Part shown: positions 60,941 to 64,000 of the stretch, piece by piece
Layout: every line of letters begins with the position of its first letter
How positions within the stretch are numbered: the first letter of the stretch is position 1
Assembly: GCA_963802335.1 (NCBI GenBank)
Contig: CAWDIE010000008.1
Coordinates: 564,601-628,600, forward strand
Origin: an uncultured Planctomycetota bacterium
Lineage (GTDB): Bacteria > Planctomycetota > PLA2 > JAEUHO01
Reading direction: 5' to 3'
DNA: 64,000 nt
The notes under the pieces: model-generated
The model's database searches: none
What the model saw: the letters and a program-made list of their open reading frames with translations, nothing else
What the model was told of the DNA's origin: nothing
Position numbers and translations under genes: made by a program

Positions 60941-62881
60941 ATGACACGGCAGGTTCATCGGGTGTCCATGTTCAGCGTTGCTGTGCTGGGCCTGGCAGTG
61001 TTGCTAGTGGCGGGTGGTCCGTCGTTCGCGGGAGAGAGTGCTGATCCGGATAGCTACCGGTCGTACGACATAGGGGACGGTCTCGTCACCCTGGACGTAC
61101 AGGATGCCGTCCTCGGTCAAGTCGTGGCCGAACGCATCCAGCCGCGCACGCGCGTCAACATCATCGTGTCGCCGGAGGCGGCCGAGCAGCGCGTTTCGCT
61201 ACGCGTCGTAGACCTTCACTGGGTGCAGGCTCTCGACGCCATGGTCGAGAGGATCGGTGGCGTGATGGTGCGGAAGGCGAACAACCTTCTGCGCATCGAG
61301 CGGCCGCAGCCGGTGTCGTTCACGTTCACCGACGAGGACGTGCGAAACGTGATCATCACGATTTCGGAGTACTCGTCCGCGAACGTCATCATTTCGCCGG
61401 CGGTCGACGGGACCGTGACGCTCAGTCTCAACGAGACGCCCTGGCGCGCCGCGTTGGAGCAGGTCGTCCGCACCGTGGGCTACGCGCTCGTCGAAGAAGA
61501 CTACGGGATCCTACGGGTCGTCCCCCTGACGGAGCTGGAGCTGGAGACGGGGTACTACCGCTTCCGCTACATGCGTCCGCCGCCGCCCTACAAGGGCATC
61601 GTGACGAACCAGGGTGGTTCCTCGTCGGGCGGTGAGTCCGGGGGTGGGGCGTCTGCCGACATCGTGCAGAGCAACGTCTACGTCCCCTCGGACGACCCCG
61701 CGGAGATCGAGGCGAACTTCCCGATCATCGAAGCGCTGCGCTCGGTCGTGGCGCCCGAGAACGGGACCGTCCGCTACATCGCTTCGCAGAACGCATTGAT
61801 CTACACGGGCACCCGCCCGAAGATCGATCAGCTGCGCGAGATGCTGCAGGAGCTCGACGTCGAGCCGCCGCAGGTCTTCATCGACATGAATTTCATCATC
61901 ACCTCGAACGAGGACGCGCTCGACGTCGGCCTCAAGGGTGGTGAGAACGGCATGCAGGTGGGCTACAGCGGCGCGGACATCGTCCACATGCTGCCCTTCA
62001 ACGCGGGCGGCGGCACGGGCGACCTGGCCGAGGCGATCACCGGGACCGCGTTCCCGTCGCCGTCGGGCAGTGCGTTCAACTACGGCACGCTGACGACTTC
62101 GCAGACCAGCTTGCTCTTCGGGTTCCTGCAGCGCGACATCACCTCGCGCGTGGTGCAGGCGCCGAAGCTGCTCGCCCTCGACAACCAGGAAGCGACGATC
62201 TTCATCGGTGAGTCCGTGCGCTACGCACGGTCGACGGCCGCCACCAACCAGAACGGTGGACTGGCGTTCGCCATCGAAGAGGACCCGAACAGCCCGGTCA
62301 ACGTGGGCTTCCAGCTGCTCGTCATCCCGAACGTGATTCGGGGTGAGGGCAAGATCATGATGACCGTGATTCCGCAGCGCCGGGCGCTCAACGGTACGAC
62401 GAGCCCGGTACCCGGTTTCGACCGGTTCGAGGTTTCGGGTCAGTCCATCGACTTGCCGCGCGTCCAGTCCGCGACCCTGAAGACGGCCATGATCCTCTGT
62501 GATGGGGAGACGGCGGTCATCGGCGGCCTGCTCGAAGACACCGATCGCGACAGCGTGGACAACGTCCCCCTCTTCGGCGATCTGCCCCTCGTGGGCATGC
62601 TCTTCCAGGGCAAGTCGTCGCGGAAGGTGAAGGAGCACCTGCTCATCACCATCACGCCGCGCATCCTCAAGGGCTGCGACCCGGCGAACTGCCGGATCGC
62701 CGAGGAGCTGGCCGGGCGCCCGGAACGCGTGCAGGCCGAGTGGAACGACCTGTACGGCCACGCCGTGCAGAACTTCCCGCTCGAGCCTTGCCAGCCCCGG
62801 TACACGCCTTGCGCTCCCGCGGCCACCCCGCGGGCGGCTCCCGAGCCGAGCGCGCCCATGGTCGTCGCGCCGACCCGCTGA
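60941..62881 (+). CDS. pilQ: type IV pilus secretin PilQ
   Basis: GGGAGGAG plus ATG 60941 gives a signal peptide (MTRQVHRVSMFSVAVLGLAVLLVAGGPSFAGE). Two N-terminal STN/N0-like modules are present. The secretin core reads LLALDNQEATIFIGESV...GETAVIGGLLED...VPLFGDLPLVGMLF...ITITPRIL. Confidence 0.9.
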   Translation: MTRQVHRVSMFSVAVLGLAVLLVAGGPSFAGESADPDSYRSYDIGDGLVTLDVQDAVLGQVVAERIQPRTRVNIIVSPEAAEQRVSLRVVDLHWVQALDAMVERIGGVMVRKANNLLRIERPQPVSFTFTDEDVRNVIITISEYSSANVIISPAVDGTVTLSLNETPWRAALEQVVRTVGYALVEEDYGILRVVPLTELELETGYYRFRYMRPPPPYKGIVTNQGGSSSGGESGGGASADIVQSNVYVPSDDPAEIEANFPIIEALRSVVAPENGTVRYIASQNALIYTGTRPKIDQLREMLQELDVEPPQVFIDMNFIITSNEDALDVGLKGGENGMQVGYSGADIVHMLPFNAGGGTGDLAEAITGTAFPSPSGSAFNYGTLTTSQTSLLFGFLQRDITSRVVQAPKLLALDNQEATIFIGESVRYARSTAATNQNGGLAFAIEEDPNSPVNVGFQLLVIPNVIRGEGKIMMTVIPQRRALNGTTSPVPGFDRFEVSGQSIDLPRVQSATLKTAMILCDGETAVIGGLLEDTDRDSVDNVPLFGDLPLVGMLFQGKSSRKVKEHLLITITPRILKGCDPANCRIAEELAGRPERVQAEWNDLYGHAVQNFPLEPCQPRYTPCAPAATPRAAPEPSAPMVVAPTR

Positions 62882-62913
62882 CCCGCGACTTCCTTCGCTC
62901 AACCCACCCGACG

Positions 62914-62968
62914 CCCGGGGGGGCGACCCGCTTCTCGCGGGGACACCCCCCCGGGCTCCTTTCGTTCG
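62914..62968 (+). terminator. candidate intrinsic terminator after pilQ
   Basis: A 10-bp stem pairs CCCGGGGGGG (62914-62923) with CCCCCCCGGG (62946-62955), with an inner CCCGC/GCGGG pairing. It is followed by CTCCTTTCGTTCG. Confidence 0.45.
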
Positions 62969-62998
62969 TGGAGCCTTGAGTGGTAGCCTCCCCCCACG

Positions 62999-64000
62999 AT
63001 GACGGATCCCGACATCTCGTCGAGCGACGGGGATAGCACGGAGGGAGGCGCGCAGCCGGACGGTGCGCCGCCTCGCCGCCGACGCCGCTCGCGGCGCCGG
63101 ACGGATGCGTCACGCAAGGAGGGGACCGCCGAACGTCCCGCCGGTTCAGCCAAGGAGGCAGGTGCGGACGCCGTGGATACCCAGCCCGATGCCAGCGGCA
63201 GCCCGAAGCGGGCGGCCACGACGAAGAAGAAGGCCGTGACGAAGAAGGCCGTGACGAAAAAGGCCGCGAAGAGGAAGGCCGCGACCAAGAAGGCGGTCCC
63301 GAAGAAGAAGACGGCGGCCAAGGCCGTGTCCAAGGCAAAGGTCGCCGCCAAGGCCAAGGCCAAGGCCACGCCGAAGAAGAAGGCAGCCACGAAGAAGGCC
63401 GCCACGAAGAAGGCGGCCAAGAAGAAGGCGGCCCCGAAGAAGAAGTCCGCGCCGAAGAAGAAGGTGGCCGCCAAGAAGAAGCCTGCGCCGAAGAAGAAGG
63501 TGGTCGCGAAGAAGAAGCCCTCTCCGAGCGGCGGCGGGGCAGCTGCGGTCAAGAAGAAGCCGGCCACGGGCGGTGACGACGGGGCCCCGCCTGCCCACAA
63601 GACGCCGGTCCGGCGCAAGCGCCGCCGCAAGACGGCGGCGTCGCAAGCGGCCGTCCGAGGCGGGCCCGCCGCGCCCGCCGCGGTCGACGCCGCCCGCGGC
63701 GAGGAACGGGTCGGGGAGGAGAAGGGGGCCCTGCCGAGCGCCCGGCCCAAGCGTCGAACCCGGCGCGTTCGTCGTCCCGTCGGCGACGTCGACCGGCGAG
63801 ACGAGCGCTCCAGCGAGGGTGCGACGCGCGAGGAGGTGGACACCCCCGCGCCCGGCAAGGGAGAGGGCGAGCGGTCGAGTTCATCCCGGCGTCGCTCGCG
63901 CCGCCGCCGGGGGCGCGGCCGCGGACGCGGCGACGAGGCCGGCCGCCGCAGCGCCCCGCGGGAGGACCCCGCGGAGCCCGACGAAGGCGTCGCCCTGAAG
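62999..64000 (+). CDS. Lys/Ala-rich (histone H1/AlgP-like) then Arg/Gly-rich basic protein, 3' end outside the window; not in the supplied ORF track
   Basis: ATG 62999 opens 334 codons without a stop to the window edge: MTDPDISSSDGDSTEGG..., then KKAVTKKAVTKKAAKRKAATKKAVPKKK...KKKPAPKKKVVAKKKP..., then RRRSRRRRGRGRGRGDE. The codon pattern (AAG/GCC) is typical of coding sequence. The Phe/Ala-rich minus-strand ORF 62899..63858 is its antisense shadow. Confidence 0.7.
   Translation, partial: MTDPDISSSDGDSTEGGAQPDGAPPRRRRRSRRRTDASRKEGTAERPAGSAKEAGADAVDTQPDASGSPKRAATTKKKAVTKKAVTKKAAKRKAATKKAVPKKKTAAKAVSKAKVAAKAKAKATPKKKAATKKAATKKAAKKKAAPKKKSAPKKKVAAKKKPAPKKKVVAKKKPSPSGGGAAAVKKKPATGGDDGAPPAHKTPVRRKRRRKTAASQAAVRGGPAAPAAVDAARGEERVGEEKGALPSARPKRRTRRVRRPVGDVDRRDERSSEGATREEVDTPAPGKGEGERSSSSRRRSRRRRGRGRGRGDEAGRRSAPREDPAEPDEGVALK

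Noticed and set aside
62899-63858. 319-aa minus-strand Phe/Ala-rich ORF, the only track entry in this region
   Set aside because: It is the complement of AAG/GCC-rich codons. The plus-strand Lys/Ala protein with an ATG at 62999 is far more plausible.

Overview
This is a very GC-rich chromosomal segment from a diderm bacterium. It is densely coded and mostly housekeeping. All family calls rest on motif recognition by eye; no searches were run.

Gene content, 5' to 3':
- The 3' ~1000 codons of a single-polypeptide pyruvate:ferredoxin oxidoreductase (PFOR), followed immediately by a translationally coupled rnfC-D-G-E-A operon, a small Cys-rich membrane ORF and apbE. No rnfB is present.
- A CBS protein and a TolC/MFP/RND efflux operon.
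- ldcA, a DinB-family gene, uvrC, a TVP38/DedA-like membrane protein and a SAM methyltransferase.
- A ~1950-aa hybrid sensor kinase (SBP-Cache-4xPAS-HK-REC-REC-HPt).
- A secreted HExxH metallopeptidase with a VHL-beta-like tail.
- Transaldolase, xerD, a dksA-like gene, lspA, pyrD, secA and waaA.
- A ~880-aa exported protein of tandem carboxypeptidase-regulatory-like domains, plus a small lipoprotein.
- metK, a prepilin-type protein plus an unknown secreted protein, dnaE, a HEAT-repeat lipoprotein, dnaX and recR.
- An rpoN-truA-hpf-ptsN-npr-ptsI cluster, then pilM-pilN-(pilO/pilP fusion)-pilQ.
- A Lys/Ala-rich ORF that runs off the 3' edge and is missing from the ORF track.

No rRNA, tRNA, CRISPR array, transposase or prophage was recognised.

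Main observations:
- The PFOR-Rnf-ApbE cluster lacks rnfB, and the PFOR carries an extra ferredoxin-like tail.
- Four genes have broken reading frames. Two of the breaks are 1-nt contractions of G7/G8 runs in exported proteins.
- A 239-bp intergenic segment is bounded by 17-bp inverted repeats.
- A 30-nt tandem repeat lies downstream of metK.
- PilO and PilP are fused in one ORF.

The many long antisense ORFs in the track are GC-content artefacts.
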